A stretch of 29,776 bases of DNA, taken from IMG/VR virus record IMGVR_UViG_3300035526_000041, positions 1-29,776 of that record. One strand, written 5' to 3'. This DNA is from a virus (Duplodnaviria > Caudoviricetes). A program made the position numbers and the translations under genes. Under the pieces are notes generated by a model. It was given only the letters and a program-made list of their open reading frames with translations, was not told the DNA's origin and made no database searches. Shown piece by piece: positions 8,310 through 16,176 of this stretch. Position 1 is the stretch's first letter. Each line of letters begins with the position of its first letter.

Positions 8310-10342
8310 TAGAAATCACCAGAATATAATCCGCTTAATGTATCTTTTTTAGCTTTAGTTGCATCTACAATATCCATCTTTTTTGAAACTTCGTAAGTAC
8401 TATTATCATTGTAGGTTATCGAAGTAATTTTTCCTTCAGCAATGGCTTGTTCTCGTGCGGCAAATCCTGCTGCACTTCCCCCCCCTGTCGAAGTAGTTGA
8501 AGCATATTTCGATAATCCTGCACCTATCCCATCAAGATATTCTTTGATTGTAGCCTGCCCTATATCATAAGCGGAATCCTGCAATGATAAGGCATCTTCA
8601 ATTGATCCTGCTGTTTTTTCCATTTCAGGGTTAAGAACATCGATTGTAGCCTGTTCGATTCCTCCTGCTGCATATTCGATTGGTTCACGCCCTGCAAGTT
8701 CTGCCTGTTTTTCATCGATTAAAAATTCTAATTCGATACCCGTCGTAAGAATTGCTAAGGGTAATGCTGCCTTTCCTGCTAATTGCCCTGCGGTTCTTGC
8801 AGCAGTTCCCAGTCCTGCACGTGTTGCAACTGCTTCGCCTGCTGCACCGGTTGTAGTTGGTGCGGCTTTGGGTAACAAATTAGCCAGCCCTTCGGTAAGT
8901 CCTTTTAATCCTGTTTTTCCAAGTGCATAACTTCCAGCCGCAGTTAATGCAGTATCTATTTTATCCCCTGCAAAGGTTAATGCTCCACCCGCCCCCGCTA
9001 AGATATCCCCTGCATTTTTAAGCAGTCCTCTTTCTGCGGCAATAGTTAGAACTGAATCTTTAATTTCTTTTAAATAACTGTTTTGTTCATCTTGAATCGT
9101 TACGAGTTCATCTAAAGAATCTGTTGATTCATCAAACCGTTTAGTAAAATCTACATCTTTTAAAACGGTATTAAGTTCTAATAATTGGTCTTCTGTTAAT
9201 CCGGTTTTATTTACTAATTCATCAAGCCCTACAACATTCATTTCTTCAGGATATTTTTGAAGCATTGGATCTTGTGCGATTAGTTCAGGAGATACAATAG
9301 TTGCATCTCGGATATTGCTTAATTCTTCGGTTATATCTTTGTTATTCAGCCGTGCATTGTTTGCCAGTGTTGCTATTGCATCACCAATCCTTGATATATC
9401 TTCGGATGATGAAAGATTTGATTGTTCAAGAATTGATCCAAACTGTGCAGGATCCATTCCTGCGGCTTCAAGCATTGGAACTCTTTCCCTTATAGCTTCG
9501 GCTATTTCCGTGTTTCCCCTTTGGATTTGGTCCACCATTGCATTTAAAAAGTATAATTGCTCGTCTTGAGTATATCCTTGATCGTCTAAAGCCTGTAACA
9601 TTCTGGCGAGATCATCGGCTCCTGCGGCTCCTGCATCTTCTGCGGCTTGGAATGCTGCAAGTGTTCTCTGTGCATTTTCATCGCTGGAGGTAACCAAATC
9701 AACCATACCTTGATTAGTATATTTCGCAAATTCCCCTAATTCCTGCATATTAAGGTTCATTGCTAAACCATTAGCGATTAATTGCTGTGCTTGCTGTTCT
9801 GTAAAGCCTTTTTGCTGTAATGACTTTGAAACTTCATTGAACGATTGTGCAACTTCTTCGCCTGCAACTGCACCGGCGGCGGTAACTACTGCACTAATTG
9901 TTAATTTTTCTGACATTTGTTTTTTTAAGGTTTGAAATTCGGTATCATCAACATCTACTTCGGCTTTAATTGTTTTTTTATCTTCTAAATTTTTCAATAA
10001 TGTCTGTAACTCTGCATCATCGACTTCAATCTTTCCTTCACTAGTGAAATACTGTAATGATTGAATTTGTTTTCGAACTTCGCCCACATTAGTTTCAATA
10101 TCCATTTCAGAACTGATTTTTTCTAGTTCATCCACGTCCTTTAAAATAGAATCGATATTACTTTGAAAATCGACTTCGCTCTGAATGTCTTTTAATCCTT
10201 CGATTTTTTTCGAAATATCTTCGAGATTGCTATCTACTTCAAGCATTGATTTTATTTGCTCTAAACTCTGTAAATTTTTCTTAACTTTCTTATCGTCCAG
10301 TTCCAGTTTAAGCGTTCCTTGTGCTATCTGTGTCTTTGCCAT
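8309..10342 (-). CDS. Tail tape measure protein
   Basis: ~677 aa, helical, Ala/Gly-rich C-terminal third; lies between chaperone and Dit; GAGTGA SD before ATG 10342. Confidence 0.85.
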   Translation of the reverse strand: MAKTQIAQGTLKLELDDKKVKKNLQSLEQIKSMLEVDSNLEDISKKIEGLKDIQSEVDFQSNIDSILKDVDELEKISSEMDIETNVGEVRKQIQSLQYFTSEGKIEVDDAELQTLLKNLEDKKTIKAEVDVDDTEFQTLKKQMSEKLTISAVVTAAGAVAGEEVAQSFNEVSKSLQQKGFTEQQAQQLIANGLAMNLNMQELGEFAKYTNQGMVDLVTSSDENAQRTLAAFQAAEDAGAAGADDLARMLQALDDQGYTQDEQLYFLNAMVDQIQRGNTEIAEAIRERVPMLEAAGMDPAQFGSILEQSNLSSSEDISRIGDAIATLANNARLNNKDITEELSNIRDATIVSPELIAQDPMLQKYPEEMNVVGLDELVNKTGLTEDQLLELNTVLKDVDFTKRFDESTDSLDELVTIQDEQNSYLKEIKDSVLTIAAERGLLKNAGDILAGAGGALTFAGDKIDTALTAAGSYALGKTGLKGLTEGLANLLPKAAPTTTGAAGEAVATRAGLGTAARTAGQLAGKAALPLAILTTGIELEFLIDEKQAELAGREPIEYAAGGIEQATIDVLNPEMEKTAGSIEDALSLQDSAYDIGQATIKEYLDGIGAGLSKYASTTSTGGGSAAGFAAREQAIAEGKITSITYNDNSTYEVSKKMDIVDATKAKKDTLSGLYSGDF

Positions 10343-10478
10343 TGTTCTCACTCACAAATTTATTATATACCCCAATTCCAAAGAAAGTCAAGGATACGGC
10401 CCAAAGTGGAGCCCCGATAAATATTAATATTATTAAAAGTAATATACAAGTGATTCCGTCTATTTTTTTATTTTTCAT
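10308..10478 (-). CDS. Small membrane protein (56 aa), not in ORF track
   Basis: MKNKKIDGITCILLLIILIFIGAPLWAVSLTFFGIGVYNKF...; GAGGT SD; ATGA overlap with upstream frame. Confidence 0.7.
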   Translation of the reverse strand: MKNKKIDGITCILLLIILIFIGAPLWAVSLTFFGIGVYNKFVSENNGKDTDSTRNA

Positions 10479-10660
10479 TTTATCAAACCTCGCAATTTTA
10501 ACTGATCTATTTGATTTCTTTTTGCGAGTCCTAATGTCATATAAAAGTCTTCAATATCTTCATTCATCATTTTAAGTGTTTTCTTCGCACTAATTTTAAG
10601 ATAAGCTGATACACAAGCTATTTCTTCGGCTTCATTGCTCAATGCCCAGCTTAGATAGAA
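10475..10660 (-). CDS. Frameshift extension of tail assembly chaperone (lambda gpT-equivalent)
   Basis: 60-codon open +1 frame YLSWALSNEAEEIACVSAYLKI...LRGLIK overlapping the chaperone 3' end; reachable at TCC-TTT-CTA. Confidence 0.7.
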   Translation of the reverse strand, partial: FYLSWALSNEAEEIACVSAYLKISAKKTLKMMNEDIEDFYMTLGLAKRNQIDQLKLRGLIK

Positions 10661-11000
10661 AGGATTTATCTTTTAATAGATTTTGATAACCTTTAATATA
10701 TGCCCTTCGAAGTATCACTATTGCAGAAACAGGTAATTCATCAATAATTGTTTCATCAAAACCAAATAATAATTTATACCATTTCCTAGCCAGTTCGTAA
10801 GCGTTTAGTTTATTTAAATCTTCAATAAACTCTTTTTCTTTTGATATTGGAGGTATTGTAGCAATTAATTCATAGTCAGCTATTTTTATTTCAAATTCAG
10901 AAAAGAAAGGTGTTAATTTTTCCAGATTTTCGATATTTCGTTTTGTCTGTTCTTCTTTCTTTTTGAAAACATTTTTGATTCCGTCTTGTATATTTTCCAT
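10632..11000 (-). CDS. Tail assembly chaperone (lambda gpG-equivalent)
   Basis: 122 aa helical protein between tail tube and tape measure genes; GAGTGA SD. Confidence 0.75.
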   Translation of the reverse strand: MENIQDGIKNVFKKKEEQTKRNIENLEKLTPFFSEFEIKIADYELIATIPPISKEKEFIEDLNKLNAYELARKWYKLLFGFDETIIDELPVSAIVILRRAYIKGYQNLLKDKSFLSKLGIEQ

Positions 11001-11048
11001 ATTTTCACTCAGAAATTATGAATAATTTGATAATTAACTAAATTATGC

Positions 11049-11747
11049 TTAAGCATAATCTACAATTCTGTATTTCTGTACATTCATATTTAATGTTTTA
11101 TCTGCACTTGAAATAGTAATATCTACGCCAGTTGGTCGTGCATCTTCGATAATGTATGCCCTAGTAGGGTCATCTGTACCATATGCAACTTCCCCTTCTT
11201 GTGCGAAAGCTTGGACAACTAAAGTCACTGTTTTAGATATTCCCGAATTAAATCTACTGTATGCGGTTCCAGTTGTAACGCTACCAGTTAATGCGGCCAA
11301 CTGTGAAATATCACCAGTAAATGCTACATCATTAAAATTAAAGGTTGTACTTGAACCCCTAATAATCGTAATCTTTCTAAATGATGAATCAATTGCTTTT
11401 TCTTCTGAATCGAAACTGTCTGATAAAGCCATTTCTGATGCTCCACCTAACACTTTTTCGACATAAGTATATGTTACAGATAATGCTTCGGTTTCAGTTG
11501 TAGCAATCTGGTCGTCTGCAAAGAATCCTTTTGAACCTGTTACAGTATATTCCGAACCTTCCGTTAGTGTTGTTCCATCAGCTTTTTTAATGATTTCTGA
11601 ACCAACAACGCCATTGGGATGGCTTAATGTGATTACTCCTGTAGCCGGGGTCAAAACTTCTGTAACGGTTATACCTTGAAGAAGTACAAGCATACCGGAT
11701 ACATAAGTTGTGCTTTGTTCCGGCCTGTTATATGAGGGTATCGCCAT
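11049..11747 (-). CDS. Major tail (tube) protein
   Basis: 232 aa, Thr/Ser/Val-rich beta protein at the canonical position; AAGGTG SD. Confidence 0.75.
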   Translation of the reverse strand: MAIPSYNRPEQSTTYVSGMLVLLQGITVTEVLTPATGVITLSHPNGVVGSEIIKKADGTTLTEGSEYTVTGSKGFFADDQIATTETEALSVTYTYVEKVLGGASEMALSDSFDSEEKAIDSSFRKITIIRGSSTTFNFNDVAFTGDISQLAALTGSVTTGTAYSRFNSGISKTVTLVVQAFAQEGEVAYGTDDPTRAYIIEDARPTGVDITISSADKTLNMNVQKYRIVDYA

Positions 11748-11769
11748 TGTTACACCTTATTTTTTTATT

Positions 11770-12102
11770 TTAAAGTGTTAAATCAAATCTTGGTATGAAA
11801 TCTATTGTGAGATTTCCACTTTCAAAGGTATATAAATCTGGAATTAATCCATGCTTATTAAACGCAACTTCTACATTCGCAACTAATGTATCGAACGTTT
11901 CAGTTTGCTGTATCTTATCAAAGTAAACTGAGGCCCTAACGTTCACCAAATCCTTATCATTTCGTTCAACAGGATCGAATTGTATTGTAATTTTAGAATC
12001 CTTAATCCTATTATCGAAATTTGATTTAGCAGTTATATTTGCATTTGCTAATTCTGTATGAATTGCAGTTAATATCGCTGAAATTTGTGAATATCGAATC
12101 AT
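11770..12102 (-). CDS. Putative tail terminator protein
   Basis: 110 aa alpha/beta pattern, directly upstream of tail tube gene. Confidence 0.6.
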   Translation of the reverse strand: MIRYSQISAILTAIHTELANANITAKSNFDNRIKDSKITIQFDPVERNDKDLVNVRASVYFDKIQQTETFDTLVANVEVAFNKHGLIPDLYTFESGNLTIDFIPRFDLTL

Positions 12103-12103
12103 A

Positions 12104-12520
12104 TTAATCTCCCAATCTTACTGGCGGATACATTTCATCAATTTCATCTTGAGTATATGCATATACTATACCAGTTGTCCACTCTGAGGCCCCATCTTCA
12201 TCATTAATATCAATTCGTTCTTGTTTCAGCTGTGCAATTGCATTATTGTATTTTGCTAACCAGCGATTGATGTATCCTTCTCCAAATGCATCACTATCAT
12301 AATCTTCGGGTAAAGTAAAATGATAACATGCAAGATATGAAATGATTCTAACATCATCTTTGATTAAGCTTGTATCAATTGCAGTTTGGGCACTATCTTT
12401 AGCTAAGGCATAACTTGAAAAATTATTTTCAGTTATCTCGCCTGTATCTTCATCTTCTACAATAAGCCCCAAATTTCGTTTCATTTGAGTTAAAACTTCT
12501 GCTTGAGTTGGAGCTGTCAT
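12104..12520 (-). CDS. Putative head-tail adaptor
   Basis: Helical ~138 aa directly after capsid gene; VLTQMKRNLG...YLACYH pattern; GTGTGAT SD. Confidence 0.6.
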   Translation of the reverse strand: MTAPTQAEVLTQMKRNLGLIVEDEDTGEITENNFSSYALAKDSAQTAIDTSLIKDDVRIISYLACYHFTLPEDYDSDAFGEGYINRWLAKYNNAIAQLKQERIDINDEDGASEWTTGIVYAYTQDEIDEMYPPVRLGD

Positions 12521-12541
12521 TTTATCACACAATTAATTTAA

Positions 12542-13321
12542 TTAGGATAAAACCCCTGTTAATCTGTAAACTGCACTTGACTCAGCTACAAAAGGCATTA
12601 CTGCTTCTGTAAATCCAAGTACTGTAGTTTTTGGATCAGGATTCCACATGTGTTGGTCTGCTTCTTCTGCAACTCCTGTGAATGCAATTGTTGGATCTTT
12701 AGGTACAAGGAATGCAACTTTTGTAGTAATCAAACTGCTTGAAATTATCGTGTCGATTTTTGGACTTAACAATTTTGCAGGGGAGTTACCATAATCGTTT
12801 GATTTGTACAGTTTTGCAATTGCAGTAGTTGGGCCAATTAATGCTAATGGTGCATCTGAATATTCCTGAATAATAGGAACTAACTCATTAAGATCGTTTA
12901 CAATCGTTGCAGAGGTCGCACTTTCACTATCCCATGCTGCTTCTGCTGCGTGTGCAGTACTTCCAGAAGTAAGCGTTGAAATCATTTGTGTATTTTCGAA
13001 TTTCGCAACAATTTTAGCTAGTCCTTCCCAAATATCCCTTTTATCGATATCTGAAAGTAACCTTTCTGCCCTTGTAGCTTTTAATAGAACATCCCAAACA
13101 GTTGCTGTTGAACTTGTTTTTGCAATTGGAACTTCAACAAATTCAGTAAGTCCTTTTTTAGCTGCATTGTAATCAAATTCAAACCTATTTTGTGTGTAGG
13201 TTTCGGTATCTTTTTTAATTGGTTTTTTAGGCATTACCCCTTTGAGACGGTACATCTGACCGTCAAGGACTGGTTTCATTGCCTTTTCTACTAGTGCTGC
13301 ATCGTAACTATCTAGTGCCAT
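12542..13321 (-). CDS. Major capsid protein (compact HK97-fold)
   Basis: 259 aa after protease and decoration genes; spine-like helix followed by AAWD....TIVNDL; strong AGGTGAT SD; no other capsid candidate in the genome. Confidence 0.8.
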   Translation of the reverse strand: MALDSYDAALVEKAMKPVLDGQMYRLKGVMPKKPIKKDTETYTQNRFEFDYNAAKKGLTEFVEVPIAKTSSTATVWDVLLKATRAERLLSDIDKRDIWEGLAKIVAKFENTQMISTLTSGSTAHAAEAAWDSESATSATIVNDLNELVPIIQEYSDAPLALIGPTTAIAKLYKSNDYGNSPAKLLSPKIDTIISSSLITTKVAFLVPKDPTIAFTGVAEEADQHMWNPDPKTTVLGFTEAVMPFVAESSAVYRLTGVLS

Positions 13322-13332
13322 TTTGTATCACC

Positions 13333-13704
13333 TTATGCTGCTGGAGCCACGTGTAATGGGCCATCCACAATTACATTTATGTATCCACTTTGAACAGAAG
13401 TTACTTTATAACCATTTGTAGTGTCTTTTACTGCTTTTCCATCGCCATCAGTTGAAGGAATTGCTAAATCACCAATTGCAAAGGTTTCTCCTGATTTTAT
13501 TTCAACTTTTAGAACGCCTAAACATTCTGCATCAACTTGTAATCCAGATGTCATGATTGTTCTTGTTGGGATTGTAACTGCATCTACATCGATTGTAGTG
13601 CCTTCCGAATTTGTAGCAAAAGCCCAACCTGTAGAACTTAGTTTCACGAATCTAAATGGATACAAAGTTGTTGTTGCATTTTGTGAACTTACGCTGTTTG
13701 TCAT
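13333..13704 (-). CDS. Head decoration/cement protein
   Basis: 123 aa; GVLKVE...FAIGDL.....GDGKAVK motif typical of DUF2190/gpD-like proteins; between scaffold and capsid genes. Confidence 0.7.
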   Translation of the reverse strand: MTNSVSSQNATTTLYPFRFVKLSSTGWAFATNSEGTTIDVDAVTIPTRTIMTSGLQVDAECLGVLKVEIKSGETFAIGDLAIPSTDGDGKAVKDTTNGYKVTSVQSGYINVIVDGPLHVAPAA

Positions 13705-13713
13705 TTAATCACC

Positions 13714-14061
13714 TTACAACCCTAAATTTGCACTTCTTTGTTGTTCTCCTCCACCGGAACCATTACCGGCAGGGGGTACTCCTTTTCCTTTTGGCATTGA
13801 TGAAGCCAAAATCTCTACATCTTTTTTAACTGCTTCTGTTGCCTTTGTGTTCGTTTCAATTGAAGACGTTAATTTATTTATTGCGTCTAACACATCTTTG
13901 TTTGAAACTTCATCTGTTGGTTCCGCTGGAGTTTGTGGTTCAACTGGCGGTTCCGCTGGAGTTGGGGGCATTTCAGAAGCCAAGATTTCTTTAACTTGCG
14001 GGGCTAATACAACTGCAAGTTCTTTCTTTTCTTCATCTGTTAATTTTGAAATGTCAATCAT
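13714..14061 (-). CDS. Putative nested in-frame scaffold protein (115 aa)
   Basis: GAGTGATAAT precedes internal ATG (Met147), the same SD type and spacing as the genes starting at 4457, 10342 and 11000. Confidence 0.65.
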   Translation of the reverse strand: MIDISKLTDEEKKELAVVLAPQVKEILASEMPPTPAEPPVEPQTPAEPTDEVSNKDVLDAINKLTSSIETNTKATEAVKKDVEILASSMPKGKGVPPAGNGSGGGEQQRSANLGL

Positions 14062-14499
14062 ATTATCACTCTGTTGTGATTTTAAGTCAGGCATAACGCT
14101 TGCAAATATCTCATATAATGGCTTAGAACGAGCAAATTCTACTTTAGGATTGGAAACCCTACATAATGCAATGGCTTTCATAACTCCATCCGTTCCCGAA
14201 GGGTTATGGTTCCATTCAAACGAACTTCCTTTGATTTCATCCCTTATCGCAGAGTATATGTCGGAAAATACTTCTAATTCCGCATACATATTGCTTTCAT
14301 CAGTAATAATTACCTCTGAAACTTCACCTATTGCGATATTTGAAACTACGTTTTCCTTTTCATCGAAATTATGATCTAAATTTACTGGCTTACCTCTTAA
14401 TCCTGGACCATATCGTTCAATGAATTCCTTTGTTATCGGAGTTCCATCGACAGTCGTAGGATTAAGGACTGGTAACATTATTTTTGTTCTTGTTGCCAT
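13714..14499 (-). CDS. Prohead maturation protease (HK97/assemblin fold) fused to scaffold
   Basis: LRGKPVNLDH (His), IGEV, KGSSFEW (Ser), AIAL...NP; C-terminal Pro-rich and coiled-coil region. Confidence 0.85.
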   Translation of the reverse strand: MATRTKIMLPVLNPTTVDGTPITKEFIERYGPGLRGKPVNLDHNFDEKENVVSNIAIGEVSEVIITDESNMYAELEVFSDIYSAIRDEIKGSSFEWNHNPSGTDGVMKAIALCRVSNPKVEFARSKPLYEIFASVMPDLKSQQSDNMIDISKLTDEEKKELAVVLAPQVKEILASEMPPTPAEPPVEPQTPAEPTDEVSNKDVLDAINKLTSSIETNTKATEAVKKDVEILASSMPKGKGVPPAGNGSGGGEQQRSANLGL

Positions 14500-14632
14500 A
14501 TCAAAGCACCTAAAAAGGTGTATTAAGGACGTTTTGAAAGTTCATCAATCCGCCCTTCTAAAATTTCATTTTTAGCATGGGCTTTCCCAAGCTCATAGTT
14601 TAATTTTGCATTTTCTGAAATCAGGGAATCAA

Positions 14633-14800
14633 TTATTCCCCTGTTTTGTTGGTTTTCTTCCTGTCCATTTTTTCGAATTTCATGAAGATTTCCTGAACTT
14701 TGTTTGCAAAATTTATCTTTTTGTCAATTAATAAGCTACCTACACCGCAACCCATTAACACGAAAAAGATTACAGCGATTGTTTCCATTTCAACAGCCAT
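14633..14800 (-). CDS. Single-pass membrane protein (55 aa; 92 aa if shifted -1 to stop at 14523)
   Basis: AGGTGA SD; TM segment IAVIFFVLMGCGVGSLLI; overlapping -1 frame encodes a coiled coil. Confidence 0.75.
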   Translation of the reverse strand: MAVEMETIAVIFFVLMGCGVGSLLIDKKINFANKVQEIFMKFEKMDRKKTNKTGE

Positions 14801-14864
14801 TTTTTCACCTGCTTTAAAAAAACATTTTAATATTCGGGAAAACTCCCTAACGAAATATGTATTT

Positions 14865-14915
14865 AACCTTATATATACCATTTACTTGACGAACGCCCAC
14901 TAATCTATATATACA
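14865..14915. promoter_or_regulatory. Divergent promoter region between head-tail and packaging operons
   Basis: TTATATATA (14869-14877) and TATATATA (14906-14913) in the intergenic gap. Confidence 0.65.
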
Positions 14916-14946
14916 ATCATTTTCAAAGTTATATCAGGTGAATATA

Positions 14947-15189
14947 ATGGATAATAGCCAAGTAGATGTAACGATACAACAAAAAGGTACAATCATTACA
15001 AACATATCTCAAATAAAAGAAATTGTGAATGGATATACTGATAATTCAACAGGATACGCCTTGTCTAAATTAGCAAAAGTGGATCAAAAAACTATCTCAA
15101 CGCTCTTAAATAAAGAGGATTATAATCCATCATTCGAAACGGTTGTTAAATTAATGACTGCAATGGGAAAAAAATTAGTAATTGTTTAA
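14947..15189 (+). CDS. XRE/Cro-family HTH transcriptional regulator
   Basis: YALSKLAKVDQKTISTLLN...NPSFETVVKLMTAMG; AGGTGA SD. Confidence 0.85.
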   Translation: MDNSQVDVTIQQKGTIITNISQIKEIVNGYTDNSTGYALSKLAKVDQKTISTLLNKEDYNPSFETVVKLMTAMGKKLVIV

Positions 15190-15199
15190 GGTGAAAAAA

Positions 15200-15712
15200 A
15201 TGGAAAATTACGAAATAAAAAACACTGACAGCCCTGAAAAAAGGGCACAAATTAAAATATGTGTTATTATTGCTTTCATCCAGACAATAATAGCATTAGT
15301 TACTGAATCTTACGCTAACTTATTTTTATTAATTGCGGTGATGTCATTTGCTTACTTGGTAGCAAATACTGACGATTTCTTTCTTGTATGGGATTCTGCG
15401 TGGGCTATTATTAAAAACCGTGGAAAGAATTTTAATTCTAAGTCATTTAATCGGGAAATCCCTGATTATCCGAACCGAAACTTCGGAAGATACGAACCAA
15501 GAAAAGAACCCGAACCAATCGAAGAACCAGAAAAACCGAAACAGACAGAACAAACAGAAAAAGAAATACCCCAAACTACCTTTGAAAATCCTGTTGTCAG
15601 AACTAGTGAAATACCTATTAAAAAAGAAGATAACGACAATAATAGCGTTATTTGGGCTAACAACTATAATCAGTCCGGAAATGCAAGAGATAATCCTAAA
15701 CCTAATATCTAA
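15200..15712 (+). CDS. Membrane protein with two TM segments and a long disordered tail
   Basis: ICVIIAFIQTIIALV and LFLLIAVMSFAYLVA, then E/P/N-rich tail; AGGTGA SD. Confidence 0.8.
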   Translation: MENYEIKNTDSPEKRAQIKICVIIAFIQTIIALVTESYANLFLLIAVMSFAYLVANTDDFFLVWDSAWAIIKNRGKNFNSKSFNREIPDYPNRNFGRYEPRKEPEPIEEPEKPKQTEQTEKEIPQTTFENPVVRTSEIPIKKEDNDNNSVIWANNYNQSGNARDNPKPNI

Positions 15713-15754
15713 TAATATCATTGATGCAGTATTTTTATTCTTTGGAGGAGTAAT

Positions 15755-16159
15755 ATGGCTCGTAAAAACTATAATTCATGGCGAAACAAGTTCGTAAAAT
15801 CATTAGAAAAAGAAGTTGAATTAGATGTTTTGGCTAACGTTGATGAAAATGTAAAATATGGATACACTAAACCCAAATTAAAATGGAAACCATTAACTCA
15901 GAAATATAAAGAAAAAAAGATACTGCTCGGTAAAAATTTAAAGGGGTTAGTGTTCAATAATACCATGTTTAAGGCCACGCAAAGCCGTGCACAGGTAAAA
16001 CGAGATAGAATAATCTTAATTAAAATTTACAACAACATAAAATATTCTGGTAAGCATGAATACGGTGATAGGCCGTTTATTGCTCCAGCCATAAATAAAA
16101 CTTTAGAAAGAAAAAACATTTTAAAATTAGCAATAAAAGCAGAAAAAAGGATAAAATAA
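15755..16159 (+). CDS. Tail completion/virion morphogenesis protein (Mu gpG / HK97 gp10-like)
   Basis: Basic; WKPL...Y...K, N.KY...HEYG.RPFI.PA motifs; GGAGG SD. Confidence 0.75.
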   Translation: MARKNYNSWRNKFVKSLEKEVELDVLANVDENVKYGYTKPKLKWKPLTQKYKEKKILLGKNLKGLVFNNTMFKATQSRAQVKRDRIILIKIYNNIKYSGKHEYGDRPFIAPAINKTLERKNILKLAIKAEKRIK

Positions 16160-16176
16160 ATTAAACGTTGATTTTT

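Noticed and set aside
13847-14374. 175-aa plus-strand ORF and similar antisense ORFs (e.g. 9315-9569, 11152-11466, 13421-13708, 20006-20326, 25994-26332)
   Set aside because: Shadow frames opposite well-supported genes; Ser/Phe/Ile-rich, no SD
15384-15797. 137-aa overlapping ORF as a nested spanin-like gene
   Set aside because: No SD or lipoprotein signal; composition explained by the alternate frame of the membrane protein gene; host lacks an outer membrane
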